Shown here one piece after another: positions 1 to 13,559 of a stretch of DNA of 64,000 bases. Source of the DNA: Podarcis erhardii (lineage: Eukaryota); NCBI GenBank assembly GCA_964252035.1, contig OZ176203.1; one strand, given 5' to 3'. A model generated the notes under the pieces. That model had not been told where the DNA came from and made no database searches. It worked only from the letters and a program-made list of their open reading frames with translations. The translations under genes were made by a program, and so were the position numbers. Each line of letters begins with the position of its first letter. Position 1 is the stretch's first letter.

Positions 1-2936
1 CTTTGTTTCAGAGATAATTCATTGACTCAGTTACCCAGTTACTTACTGCAGCTAAATTTCAGACAGCAAAGGCATAGAAATGTATCAATACCTCCAAAAT
101 TAGAAACTGGTATGAAGAACTGTGGGATCTACTTGTCACAGGTAAAATTTAGTCTTAGATCAAGAGTGTGGCTGACCTAGTTAATAAAAACCTTTTTGGG
201 GGAATATTATCTCAGTCATGTTTTGCAGAAGACTAATGATACTGAACCCTGTTTAATATATCCTAGAAAAAATGGTATGTTTAAGTCTAACATGGTTTGC
301 AGCACTCCTCGTATATTTGTCCTTTATTTTTCTCATTTCCTCAGACATTATATTCTGAGTTATAGTCTAGAATGATATTTCCCATCCTTTATTTCTATTT
401 CTTTTATTCAACATTTCAACATTTGTTTCTTCTGTGGTTATTTACTTAGTGGTTTTCCACAAATAAAATGTTAGTTAAACAAGAGACTAGTAAATTCCAA
501 TTCCTTTATCATGCCATAGAACTTTTAGCTAGATTCTACTCAGAGTAGACCTAGCTTAGTGATGTTCATTCATTTCAATATGTCTAGTATGAGTAAAACT
601 TAACTGAATACCATCCTTCATTTTAAATTGTGGTTTTGGTAGCATCACAAGTGCTCTGTCAGATGTAAGCATCTTAGGAAAACATTTATTATTTCAGCCA
701 TTTAAATTATGCACTTACAACCAAAAAACAAAGCCAGAGCTGCTTTATTCTGCACTAGGCCCATATACTTGTCAATATACTAGAGAAAGTGATTTGTAGA
801 TTTTTATCCAGTTCAGGTTTCAAACAGGAAACCAGTGTCCTTACGTAAGGTCCTAAATACAGGTACACAGGTCAAAGTTTTAAGGCTAGAATAAACTGCA
901 AGGAACCTGGCATCTGTAATCATTTAGGTGAACCAAACAGAGAGTAAAAATCAGTATGAGGGACCTGCTTTTCTCCTCTTTTGCATATTCCTTGCAGTGC
1001 AAATATAACCATGACAATTCAGGAGTAAGTCCTGTTGCATGCAGTGGGGCATACCCTTAAGTAAGGAAACAGGGGGGACCCCAGTTTGTGCATTGTCACT
1101 TATGTGTCCAAAAGATACCTTGTTAGCTTGTAGCCCATGGTCTGGATCCAAAGACCCACACAACTCGGTCTACAGGTCTAAGGGACTTCAGTGCTTGTGT
1201 CCCTCAAACTCCTGTTTCTCATAGCAGCTTTTGAAACAAAGGATACTCGCAAAAGCACTTTGTGATATAACCTAGAGACTGGATTCTCATACTATCAACA
1301 GGGTTGCATTCTGGATCGTCACCTTGTCTTACGAATCATAGTGAAAGGACAAAAAAATCCAGGATAATCAAGAAAAACATTCTTAGCCATTTTCCTGGAT
1401 CTTTTCTCGTAGCTTCCTAATCTTCAGATACTATCTTTGTCGAAGCTGGCAGCTTGTAAAAGCTACAGGGAAGAGTTTTTTAAATTGCTTTCATATTTTT
1501 ACCTCTAATGAAACATGTTAAATAAGCATACTTAAGTTGCTGTCCTGACCCCGCGAGGGTAATGTCTTTAGAATGAGTTTAGGATGGTACGTAGGCCCCT
1601 CTTCACTAGCAGGGCAGGACTCTGCCATGGCAGAAGAACCAAGCAATGCCCTAGCAGACAGAAAGCTACTGACACTTCTTCTCCCACTGCTGATAAAAGA
1701 CCCCACTGCTGAAGACCTCAAATGTGGCATGTCAGGGCAGAATGGCAGAGCCTTTGTGTGTATGAGATCCAAAGCTCCACAAATCTCCTGAGGACCCCAG
1801 ATGGTGCAGCAAAAAAGGAAAGATTCCCTCTCTCACTCACACACCTCTTCTGCCTTGGCTGGCTGCAGCTGACTGGGCTTTGGAATCTGCCACTCCGCAG
1901 CTCCCCGGTCCTTGATAGATTGCACTGTCTAGATGTTTCCCTGGTATTTGTATTATTTTAGAATAAATAATTATTTTAGAAATGCTAACAATACGAAGTA
2001 CAGTTTGATTCCAATTGCATATTTACAATCTTGCCAGTGTACTTCTATAGAGAAATTAGAAATAATCAGCTTGTATCTTTTCTTTTGAGATCCTTTAAGG
2101 AAACAAAAAACCTTCAGGAGTATGCAATTAGAACATCTGTGACAGATCTGTTTTTAACATATTTCGTACTTCAGAATCCAAGGAAGTCTGGTGGTCTGTG
2201 GAACTTGCTTGTTAATTTCTTGATGAATGGGCACTGAGGCCAAGAAGTGCACTCAGTACGGCATGTCTTCCGAAGATAGATTATCTCAAATAAATTCTAT
2301 TCCCAATCAATTTTTGATTTGTTAGGTGTTAAACCACTTCTTTGTAAGGGCAGTGTTTATAAGCCTTGTAATGAGACAGCCTTCTGAGACATTACCTCTT
2401 CTTTCTGTAATTTTGATAAATGGAACTCTAATTCATAAAGGATACAGTGATTGAAGGGCAACTTTCGGTCTCCTACACTTTCATTTAGATAAATGCCTGG
2501 TATATTGTGGCAAACTGAGGTATACTCAACTGAGTGATAAATTTAAAGAACAGCCAAGCCAACAAGCTTCTATCAAACCAAAGCAGGCTAGTTTTATATG
2601 TCTTTCAGATAAATGTATGTTTAATATTGTAAAACAAAACTGATTTCAGAAAGATTTGTCTACATCATTAATCAGCACATTTGCCACATTCACCTGCGTG
2701 TCTAGTACAGTACCTTTCTGCTACAATGCATTGTCAGATTGATGTGAGAGGATTACTGCCAGCAATGACAAGCTAGTTAAAAACAAGTTGGAGCCCAGCC
2801 TTCTGTTTTGAAGTTTACTACCATGCCTTTGTTCTCTAAGAGCACACATCCCCATGCATTAAAAGTTATTGAAAGGCTGTTTTGAAGTGTATTTTTGATA
2901 ATTGATATTTGTATCAGTGGATAGATTCCATCTGTT

Positions 2937-3131
2937 TAGGGTTGCCATATTTCAAAAAGTAAAATCCCTGACACTCATAGTTGTTGTTTAGCTTTTTTTA
3001 GGAAGACCCCAAAATTGTTGAGCTTTTTTGGGGGAACCTTTTGGAGCTGTTTTCACTGCTTTTTCCATCACATTGCCATACATCCAAAAACCAGGGCATG
3101 TCAGGAATTTTCCTGACATATGGCAAGCCTA
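2937..3131. mobile_element. hAT-type MITE
   Basis: Terminal inverted repeats TAGGGTTGCCATA ... TATGGCAAGCCTA. No clean 8-bp TSD. Ends about 85 bp upstream of the NBEA acceptor. Confidence 0.55.
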
Positions 3132-3216
3132 ATTTGCTTTGTATTGGAAAACAGGTTGTTGAGACTGATCTAAAGACCTAACAGAATTCTAAAATGTTTG
3201 TAACCTTTTTTTATAG

Positions 3217-3360
3217 GCACTGAGGAAGATGTTGTGAAGTCAAAGAAAACCTTCCGAAGCCAAGCTGTTGTCAATCAGAATGCTGAAACTGAGCTCATGC
3301 TGGAAGGAGATGATGATGCTGTCAGCTTGCTCCAAGAGAAGGAGATTGACAATCTTGCAG
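3217..3360 (+). CDS. NBEA: NBEA internal coding exon (linker before the PH domain), 144 nt, phase 1-1
   Basis: Acceptor ttttttatAG at 3215-3216 and donor CAG|GTAAAA at 3361. Translates (G)TEEDVVKSKKTFRSQAVVNQNAETELMLEGDDDAVSLLQEKEIDNLA(G), which I recognise as vertebrate neurobeachin. Splices in frame to 21736. Confidence 0.95.
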
Positions 3361-6300
3361 GTAAAAATCTTTTTTTTTTAAAAAAGTTTAATGTAAATAA
3401 ATGATATAAAATTTAACTGGTTTTCTAAACTTTGCCAACTGTGTCTGGTATTGGCATTTGTGTGAGATAGTGAGCCTTGTTGTTTTGGAAATGCTTGGTA
3501 CAGATTGCAGAGGTTCCCCACTGTTTTCATCTAATTTATCCTCACAACTTTATAAAATACTGGTTAGTCAAAGATCTGATGAACCTGGGTGACTCATGTC
3601 CAAATCAATCACGCCATCTGTCATAATACACTGATAAAAAAAGATTGATCTATGTTTTAGAAAGTATATTTTGAGTGCAGTAAATTAGACGTATTAAAGG
3701 ATTTTTATTGTGAAAATGTAACAAAAGGGAAAATAAGATGTATCAGCCTGACCAGTTATGTTTAGAAGTATTCCCACCCATGTGAACATTTTATTCAGGC
3801 AGTGGAGGGTGATTTTCAAAACTTTCCCCATTTGGATTACAAGATTAGAAAACAAACCCCATGCCTGGGTTTGAATGACAGGACAAGCCAGATCATGGCT
3901 TGTTTCCTGACAGCATAACAGGACCAGGACAAGCATATAACACCTATGATTTCACTGGCGTGCACCTTCACACTGCTTGTTTGCCTTAAATCATACTTTA
4001 TTTTAACTATGGTTTAATGTGAGATGCAGACCAGGTCACTGCCAGTGAAGGGAGTTACAAGCTCATAGCAATCTGCTGTATATATAGATCAGACAACATT
4101 TTCCAGAGCTTCAGACTAAGCATGTTTTGGTAAATAATAAGTATCATTTGTTCACAAATGTTGTTGTAATCAGAGTCCAGCTCCAGCACAGCAATTGGTC
4201 CTAACATAAATAAAATGATTGCTGAAACAATAAATGTCATTAAGATCCTCTTAACATAAAAGCAGTTAATTCTGGGGCGTTAATGGTAGCTTCAACACTT
4301 GAAATGAGAAGTGGTGGGGAATCTCTTCCTGGAGAAAAGTATGGTTTAACAGATACCCCATACTTCTCTGTCATCTGTCTTGCATTCAGTGTAATTACTC
4401 CTTCCCATTTCCCCATACCAGTTAATCTAGACAAGTTTTAGGTTAACTCACATTTTCTCCTAAAGTTCAAAAGGCTGAAGGAAGCAGAAGGTGCTTGGCA
4501 GTTGTTAAAGATCAAAAGGAAACTTTCAGCTAGGCTTCAGATTCAAAGGGAAAACCTTTGTACCTATGTTTTAGAGCAGACAGGTTTTAGTCTTGTGAAT
4601 TCTGGCGTTTGTGCTGCAGGGGCGATGAGGGAACTATGCACATTCTGTGAAGGAAGTGTGAAAAATGACTTCACATTTTCAGGGTTGTTCTGACAGTTTA
4701 ATATGATATGGAATAACAAAGTAGCTTATTGTAGCACAGATGGAACAATATTAGATAACTGAACTGCTAAGTATTTATTCCATAATTAATTTGTATAAAT
4801 ATAGGCATAATACCTTAGACTACTAGATTTACCACTTTATGAAGATACACTTTCAAAATCTGACCAAAAACAAACAAATGATGCACTATTGTTAGTGCAA
4901 AATTTCATTATTCCAGAAAATACTATGTAAAATTATGTTTTGTCACTTTTGAAATTGTAGTGAGGGACTGGGGTTATTTCATTATATACTTTTGTTAAGA
5001 AATGCCCACTTCTTGTTGTCCTGAAGAAAACCAATGTGATAGAAGACTACACAAAATAGCATTCCTAACTAATGCAAAATCTACATACATTGGTTACATT
5101 TAATTTAACTGAAGTCTCGGTCCTATTTCAGTGAATACAGCAGTAGCACACTGTAATTCATGACGTTATGTAAAACAGGGAGCCAAAGTTTCCAAAAACC
5201 TTCATTTGGGTAAATGCCACAAAACACCCAGCCAGTATTTCTAATCAATTTCTCATCTGTCTATCCTGCTTATCTTACCAGCGTTTCCTCCACATCTGTG
5301 CTACTGGGGTTCTCATTCCTACCTGCTATTTTCACAGCCCTTGCTACTGTCCTTTCTCCCTGCACAGCCATTGCAGCTACCTCTTTTTCCTTCCTGCCCA
5401 ACAATTACTGATCACGTGCAGATACCTTTTACCCATACCTATGGTGAAGCCTTACAGTTTGTGCTGTTGTTGCCTAACTCAGAGGCTCCTATGATGCTAC
5501 TCGGCATTTGGCACAGGAAAAGAGAAGGTCCATACCTCTAGAGCACATGTACACTGAGCTTTCTGGTCATTTTCAAGTTTCACAGCTTGACTACTTTTTG
5601 TGTAAAACTAAAGTACATAGGACTGCTTTCATTTTCTTTAGTGTTAGAATCATGTGTGGCTGAAATCTTATTACAGTTAAATAGTGTTTAAAATCTGATA
5701 AATGTTATTAAGGTTTTAAGAACAACAATGATGTAGCCACCTAATGAACTGCAGTCAACTTTATAAAAAAAACTTTGTATTTCTTCACCTTATTTCATAA
5801 TAATAAATATTTCATAATTTTCTGTTTCAATTTTAGCTCCTAAATTTCTTCCCAGACTGTTCATTTCAAGAGGCAAGTTGCTTATTGATAAATCACTTGA
5901 GAAAAATCAATAACTAGTAGTACTTTTTGGTGTCTAAAACTATGAATCAGCAGCATCTCAGTTTGCACAATTGTAGCGCATTGATTATTATTAACTTGTC
6001 TATCTGATCCATTTATTTTCTATGTCATAAATGTTTAAAACATGATTTTCATTAATTTCCTGAATAACAAATGTACTAACTTGTAGTTTAGAAGTATGCT
6101 CCTAGCATTCTGCGCTCATTTACTGACAGATAGTGTAAAGATAATAAGAGTTGGTTTGAACGTGGGGCTGAATATTGAATAATCAGTAACTTCTATAACA
6201 AGTGTGATCTGTAAAGCACTGCTTTATTTCTGAACACCAGAGATCTGGACTCCAACCCTTGATGGAGATTCAGAAATAGTAAACAGGGCCATCCACTAAA

Positions 6301-6379
6301 TTTACAGGGGTGTACGAAGCTGTGTTACACTGTATTAGACCACTGGCCTTTTTAGCTTACCCCCTGTCTATGCAAATGG

Positions 6380-6500
6380 GTTCTGCTTCTCCCAAGTCTC
6401 AGGTAGAGGCAGTTCTTCTGCCACCTGAAATCCTTTTCATAGGAGGCAGTAGGGATTGAAGCTGGGACCTTCTGCATGCAGAGCATAGGCTCTGCACAGG
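6380..6500 (-). mobile_element. tRNA-derived SINE fragment
   Basis: GGGATTGAAGCTGGGACCTTCTGCATGCAGAGCA resembles the reverse complement of a tRNA-like SINE head with a B box. Degenerate. Confidence 0.45.
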
Positions 6501-8256
6501 AGTTCCTGGTATCTCTTAAAAAGCGGGAGTGTTACAAGTCCCACTCTGTTGAGCCAAGCCTACTACTTTTCCTCTTGGTTCCACCTATGGCTCCCAACCC
6601 TGCTCTCTCATGAAAGTATCTCCTACCAACTATGATATGTAAGCAAGCCTACATGTTCTGAGGCAGTATTCCTAGGAATACTGGATTCTGGAGACAAGCC
6701 ACAGGGGAATACTGTTGGCTTGTGCCTTCTTTGTAAGATTCCCGGGGGACATCTGACTTGCCACTGTTGGAAAGAGAGTGCTGGACAAAAGATTGAAACA
6801 TGCAGTTATCAAGACCACACACCGAATACAAATCCGCGGTGAGGTCTGAGCCCCAAACACCCCCTCCCCAAATTATTTCCCCTTCTAAAAATGACTCCTC
6901 TTGACTGATTTGCTGCAATGCCAATGAATGCCATGCTCTGAATTGCTCCTCCTCATCCAACTTCTCATGTTTAAAAAAGGCCAGAGGGAAAAACAAATTC
7001 AGGCAGCCTCACACAGCAGTATTGCACACATTATTTCTTCACCCTTGAAAGATTTTTTTTTTCATTTTAGAATATGCTGCTGCAGATGTTATGGCTGCTA
7101 GCTTAGAAGGCTTTTAAAAACGATAAGATCAATTTGTGGAAGATTAGTTATGAACAACTATTGTCTGTGACAGCTAAATGGAAAGTTCGTGATCAGGGGC
7201 AGCGTACCTCTGAATATCAGGTGCTAGAGGAAAATAGGGGAAAGCTGTCATCTTTGAGTTTCCAGGGAAATCTGGCTGGCCCAAGTGTCTCCAATAATTC
7301 ATGCCCCCAGTTAACGCTTCCCTCTGCTGCCCGTCCCCCAAAAGAAAACTTCCCATTTTTCCAAACCATAAGCTCTGTCTTCCCAAGTCTTTTCTGCCCG
7401 GTGTCCATTTTCTCTTGTTCTGTTCAGAATAAGTTGGCAGGAGGATCTCTTTCCATCAGTCTTCTCCTGTCCTAACAATTCTGTTTTCTCCTCCAGATGG
7501 GAGAATGAAGGTGTGAAATTTTAAAATGGTCAGCTGCTGTCCAATAAGCAAGTCTGCACCACTGCCCAGGTAGCAAACCTGCCCTTTTCACTCATCCCCC
7601 TTCCCAGTGCCACAGCACAAGCGCCCATGCAATACTTTGGACTAATTTATAAGAGCCAATTCATTTTGTACAGCTGTGTTGGCATACTAGTGCCAGCGGG
7701 TACACCCACTCTGAGCTTTAAAAGCAAAACCCTAAGTTTAAAATTGTGTCAGTTGCACACATGTGCATAGATCTTTTAAGGATTCCCCCCTCTTTTCCAA
7801 AATGGTAGGTGACAGTGTGCTATGCAGACTGAATAAGAAACTCTGCACCTGCACTAAGATCCCAAGTGATTCTGGGTTCTGTAACATTCTTTTGTTTTTT
7901 TAAATCCATAAATTGACTGTGAACTCTTCTTCGGCTAGGGAAAAGTCTAATGGTTGATTTACTGGGAAATACCGTAATAAAGAAAGAAAGAAAAACATTT
8001 AGTAACTATTCAGGTGTATGATACTTGCTGTAGAAAGCTGCAACATTGTAATTATCCTATGCAAATTGCTTTCTTGGTTCTCTGGTACCTTGGCATGTTG
8101 GCCCTTTTCCAAGCTTGTTTGTAGCACTCATTAAGATGTGGCACAAACACCTCCCATCTTGCAGTGGCATTGCGTCCCTGCCTTTGTCTATTCCACCCCA
8201 GGCTCATCACAGGTGTCTGCCACCTACTAGCTCCCTTGCCCTTTGTGTGCACATAG

Positions 8257-8274
8257 GTATTGCCACCACAAAAG
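8257..8274 (+). CDS. NBEA: Candidate NBEA alternative microexon (18 nt, phase 1-1, adds GIATTK)
   Basis: Pyrimidine tract ctcccttgccctttgtgtgcacatAG, exon GTATTGCCACCACAAAAG, perfect donor AAG|GTAAGT. Frame-compatible with the flanking exons. No transcript evidence available. Confidence 0.65.
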
Positions 8275-9016
8275 GTAAGTGTCTCATTAGTCATTCACTT
8301 AGCTTCTCCTATCCTCCTCTTTGGGTGCTGGGTGGCATTTTTTCTTTCCCACTCTGTTGCCTGCTATCCAGGTGGCTGACAGTTTTGAGAGGTGGCAAGT
8401 AAAGCAGAGCTCTGTGTCTTCTGCATCCGTGTCTAGCTCTTACCTCTAGCCTCAACAGAGCTCCTGTTTTAGGGAAACTATAGCTCACTGCTGTGCAGCC
8501 AAAGAGAAAGTGGGACAGTAGTGTGGTGTGCCAGGTTATATCTGAGGTTTCTGTCTTGTTTCTTAGCAGAGAGAGAGGAGTGAGGGATGGATGTTATCCA
8601 TCTCTATCTGATTCCAGCTCCCTCCTGTCTTTCTGGCTTCCAGCTTGAAGGCAGGACAGAACTGCAGGAACAGCTGGCTTAGCACACTGCTGTGGGGACT
8701 GTCCATCCTGAAGGCAGATGGAGGAATTGGGGGAGGCAAGCAGAGCAAGAAATAGGTGATTCCTCCTTGGATAATTACTTAAATGGCTACGCATATTTAC
8801 ATGATTGAAATATTTGTTTGGTTTTTTTGTTTAAAGATTTGTGAATTTTTAAATTTCCCTCTGGACAAGCTTCAGCAATTTTTAGCAACACAGATTTAGA
8901 TGTAGAGATGTGGCCCATGTGCCCACTAGGGCTTTCCTGGCACTTTCCTGCTTCAGCCCTTGCACTTCTTAAAAGTCGATCCTGAAGACTGGAAAGCCCT
9001 CTAGTTCAGTGTAGGG

Positions 9017-9286
9017 CAGGGAACAGCAAGGTTTATCTTGCCTAGGCCGGATCGGTCCCATGGAGATCCCTCCGTGGGCTGGATCGTGTGCATATGTGAG
9101 CACTCACAATTTTCAGCGCATGCGCATGTGCAGATGATATTTTCGGCACCGCGGAAGCAAGTCCCCACTCCACACTGCACTGGTTTAGTGTAGCACATGA
9201 GCAGGCAGCTTGGTTCGGGATGTGGGCTGGTCAAACGACCTCCGCGGGCCACTTCCGGCCTATGGGCCTTAGTTTGCTGATCCCTG
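9017..9286. mobile_element. hAT (Charlie-like) non-autonomous element, 270 bp
   Basis: TIRs CAGGGAACAGCAA / TTTGCTGATCCCTG and a perfect 8-bp TSD GTGTAGGG (9009-9016 and 9287-9294). Confidence 0.85.
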
Positions 9287-10037
9287 GTGTAGGGCTATTT
9301 GAAAATGTGCTGTTTGAAACAACTCAGAAAACATCAACTAAGCTATCATTCCAGCCTCTCCTTCCCCCTAACAACACAACTCCATTCGTTGAAAATGAGC
9401 CCAAATGAAAAACATCTGGAAGTTCGCCATTTCCCCCAAACCGAGGGCAGTATTCAACTAAACAGTTTCACTAGCTCATTGACATTTAGTTCCCTGTTCT
9501 GAGGGATCACTCACCTCCAGAGCAGATTTAGGGTGTGCACGGGGAGAAGAGAGGGTGAGGAAATTTGGTCGGGCCACTAAAAGTCTTTGTGCTAGCAGAA
9601 CTGTTCAGTTGCGGCAACCACTGAAAATACTTTTATACGTGACTGTGTTGACTGGGTGGAAGCATAGCATAGGATGCAAGAGTGAAGTCTTGGCTGCTTA
9701 TGGACAGTGACTGAATCAGGTGGAGGCTAGTGCAGAATCACTTCAATTTGTCTCATTATTTGGGGTACACACAGAGCCAATGGACATCCCTACAACTTGT
9801 ACATCCATGAGCCCTTCTTATGTGAGATGATGCATCTATTTCCTACTCTGATACTAACATCCACATTAAAATATATTGAAATGTTCCTTAGAGGCAAAAA
9901 TGGCAGAAATTAAATAATAAAGGCAAACTTACCAAGAGGTTCTGTGAAAATATAGTATAAAGAATAGAAAGACAGGTGCTTTTGTCCAGCAGTTTGATTT
10001 TTTCCCCATGTTCTATTTCAGGATGTTTTATAATGAG

Positions 10038-10040
10038 AAT

Positions 10041-10098
<58 letters not shown>
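10038..10098. repeat. (AC)n(AG)n compound microsatellite
   Basis: Seen directly in sequence. Confidence 0.9.
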
Positions 10099-10101
<3 letters not shown>

Positions 10102-10327
10102 CTGTGTTTTCAACATGTTTATTCAGTCACTATTTTATGTGACTAAGACTGAACTAACAATAGTTCATGGCCATGTATGAATTGGTATATTCGTTTTAAA
10201 ATTTAGAAGTGTTCATGATTTAGAAGATGGTGGCTAACTAATTCACCACCATCACTTTAATGGTAAAAGCTAAAATTTCTGTCCCTTTCAGATATGATAT
10301 TCTGATTGGAGGTAAGGGGTCTTTACT

Positions 10328-10411
10328 TAAGAGTACAATCCTATGCATTTCTACACAGAAGTAAGTCTCACCGAGTTCACTGGGGTTTATCCCCACAAGA
10401 TCGCAGCCTTA
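10328..10411. repeat. About 90-bp degenerate hairpin/MITE-like interspersed repeat
   Basis: Core ATGCAT..CTAC..AGAAGTAAGTC.CAC.GAGTTCA.TGGG. Related copies at about 12332-12425, 27460-27545, 27643-27726 and 34915-34996. Confidence 0.6.
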
Positions 10412-13400
10412 GTACCATACAGCAGATGTGAAATGACCTTTCCAATGCACCACTTCATTTAGGGCTGCTTCAAGTGACCGTAGTACCTTTATCATCTGCA
10501 ACCCCGTAGGCAGCCATGAGTGTAAGTTCTAAAGCAGAATACAGAAATTTGATTGGCAGGCAAGCTGCATTTTTTCTGGCCCAGCCTTAGCTCATCTATC
10601 ATCACTTACCAAAAACGTTATAAGGATATTTTTCACTCATGTTCCTGTAAAACGTTGAGAGGACAAAAGAACAAATCTAGAATCTTATAGGAAACTCTTT
10701 ATCCAAAATGGTCACAGTTTCTGTGCCAGATGCAGATGATTAAAAGTAGTTCTTGGCCATTGCTGATACATGATCACCTGGCATCAGATGAGAGGGGCTT
10801 TTAACTTTGTCCACAACCATGTTAAATCCATGTGAACTGTTAGTTTTTAGCACAGTTCAAAAGCATTGTTTCAACTTTATCTGCTCTAGAAAGGAAGAAC
10901 CAACATTTTTCACAGTGTCATGGGGCAAAACTATAGTGTATGTTGGCTCTGCAGTACGATTTAAGTTGTTTTAATGAGCAAATAACTATATGAGCCTGCT
11001 GCAGGGGAGAAAAATAGCCATAATTTACTAAAATAAGCACAACTCAGTAGATGCCTTCAAGTATATATAGCAAAGGTATGTCCCAATGTCTGCAGCAATA
11101 TAAATATATTGAGAGGAAATGCTTACAGTATGTGTAAGTGTGAAGAAATAACAGGCTCCTGAATTTATATGCAAGTTACCCTTGAAATCTAGACTATGCA
11201 TACACCATGTGGTAGATTTTCCTCTTTAATGCTGAATAGTCTTTTTTTGCACTTTTGCACAGTTAATTTTATTGTGTACATCACTGATAAATTCATTTTT
11301 GAAGCTGTTTATTCGCCAGTTTGTCAGGAACAGAGTTGCTGGAAATCTTTAGTTTTTGCTTTTGATACAGATGGGTGGAAATAAGTTCTTGAAAACTTAA
11401 ATTTCACCAGTTATGCAGCCAAAAGTCAAATTCCACTTGATCTTAATATTAAAGAACAAAAATAGTGAAATTGTGGTGTGTTACATATTCTTAGAATTTC
11501 TGCATGAGCTTAGAGTTCATTGTTTTCTATAACCGTTACTTTACAGACTACATGTTAGTGAATATTACTTATTTTATTTGTTGACTATTTTTCTTTAAAA
11601 ATACTGTTCACACAGCAAGGGAATTCTCCATCATCTAACTAGTTTATGTTTTGCATTTTTCCTTTGTTTTGTAAACTATCCATAGCTTTACAAACTATAC
11701 TGAGGAACAATTAATTTCATTTGATACAAATAAAACATATTTCCAAGAAATTCTCCCAAGTAAGTACATAATAGTAGCAAAAATAAAAATGAAGTGCAGG
11801 ATCCAGACCATGGACATAGCGTCTTCACAGAGTATTCTCAAAGGCTCAGTAGAGCCCTGTCTCTCCATTCTCACTCTCCCTCACATACTGGGACAATGCA
11901 AATATGGAATTAATGGTCTGTGCACACCTCCCTTATCCCATCCAACCATTCTTTTTGCCCCGATACATGTTTCTCATGCTGAGTAACATTGACAGAAAAC
12001 AAAGTGCCAGATGGGGATATTGGCGGCAGACATGCTCCTTTGATTCCCCTTACTATCCCATTTGTGCATTTGTGTTCACACCTGTATTTCTGTAGATGAG
12101 GGGAGAAATACGGTTCTGAGCCTATGGCAGTCTTCTCTATGTGAACACTACATGTGCAGTGGATAGATTGTTCCCTGTGTGTCTACATCTTGTAGAAGAA
12201 TATGCTGTTAGGCTTTTATACAAGTTCATTGACACTGTCTTTACATTCTCCCACCCTTCTAATTCTTGCCACTTTACAATATAGTAAGCCTAGAATCTTG
12301 CTGGTTGTATATATAGATTTTCAAAATGACTTACAGCGTAATCCTAAACCATGCCCTGCACAGGAGTGAAATCTTATTCAGTGGGGCTTACTCCCAGTTA
12401 AGTGTGGTTACAACTGAAGCCCTAAAAAGTTTGTTCTAAACTAAATAGCACCTTGATCTTAAAGTTACTTATTTAGAAGCAAATCCTGTTGCTTCTAGTT
12501 AACAGTGCTTGATGTGGTTTGGCAGTCCACCAGTAGGTATCCCATGTGAAAATGGACCATAAGTTCTATACCTTGTCATTTTGGGGGAAACGTCTTCACA
12601 TCTGGGTTGTTTCTGAAAATTATTTTGTTCTTCAGCTGTCTTCTTTTTAGTCTTGAACAATTTTTAAATGCCAATTTTAATATAGTAATCTGGGGAAATT
12701 GACTATTTCAGGTTGACTTTTTTTTTAGAGACAAAAGTCGATCTTACATCCCAAGTTCATTAAAACTTTGGAAATTTATTGTTCTTCTGAAACATGTCTT
12801 TTCAGGGTCAGCTTATTTTTGTTTTTTGTTTTAGTTAAAAGAAGCATTTGATTCTAAAGTGCCTAAATTATTTTAACTTTATAAAAAATCCTTATTACCT
12901 ATTTATTAAATGATTTGATACTGCCCTGGAACATAGCAGCTTGTTAAAACTTTCTTTTTTAAACAAACCCTGCAAAACCATACTGGTGGATTAATATGTG
13001 TAAAGCCATCTGCAGAATTTAATTGCAATAGCACCAAGAGGTCCGGTACTATTTAGTTGCTTTATTAGCTATTTTATGCTTTAAATGCCTTCACTGAAAT
13101 TAGAAACACTGTTCTGGCAGGTACATAAAATTGGAGCTAATGATTAACAGGAAAAGGGAGTGATCCAATAAGCGCTACTTCTGTGCAACCCGCGTTTCCA
13201 TTTATTCGCAGCAGGGCTTGAGCAGTAGCACTTCCAATGCACATCCTGTTGAGCACTGTAGAGAAAGTGCTCCCGTCTTTAGCAGAACTAATCCTGTCTT
13301 TGTTTTCCCGGAAGTAATTCCCAATGAGTTCGGTGGGTCTTGTGCCCCGAACTGCTGCCTTAGGCTACAATCCATACCTGGCAATGCACACCAGGAATTC

Positions 13401-13559
13401 AGTGGGGCTCAGGTCGAACAACTCCCTCGTGGCTTCTGCTCTTTAAGCTGTGTGAGCTTGTACAATTTAGTTTGCATCGACCGACCTTCATTAGAAGTCT
13501 TCCAACAAGCCAAACGAAATTCAGAAGGTGTTGCCTCCTGAATCTATACCCGACTCTTT

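Noticed and set aside
5214-5420. Minus-strand protein-like stretch (KEKEVAAMAVQGERTVARAVKIAGRNENPSSTDVEETLVR)
   Set aside because: Interrupted by stops and not assignable to any family I recognise. It may be an old retroelement or pseudogene fragment and needs a tblastx search.
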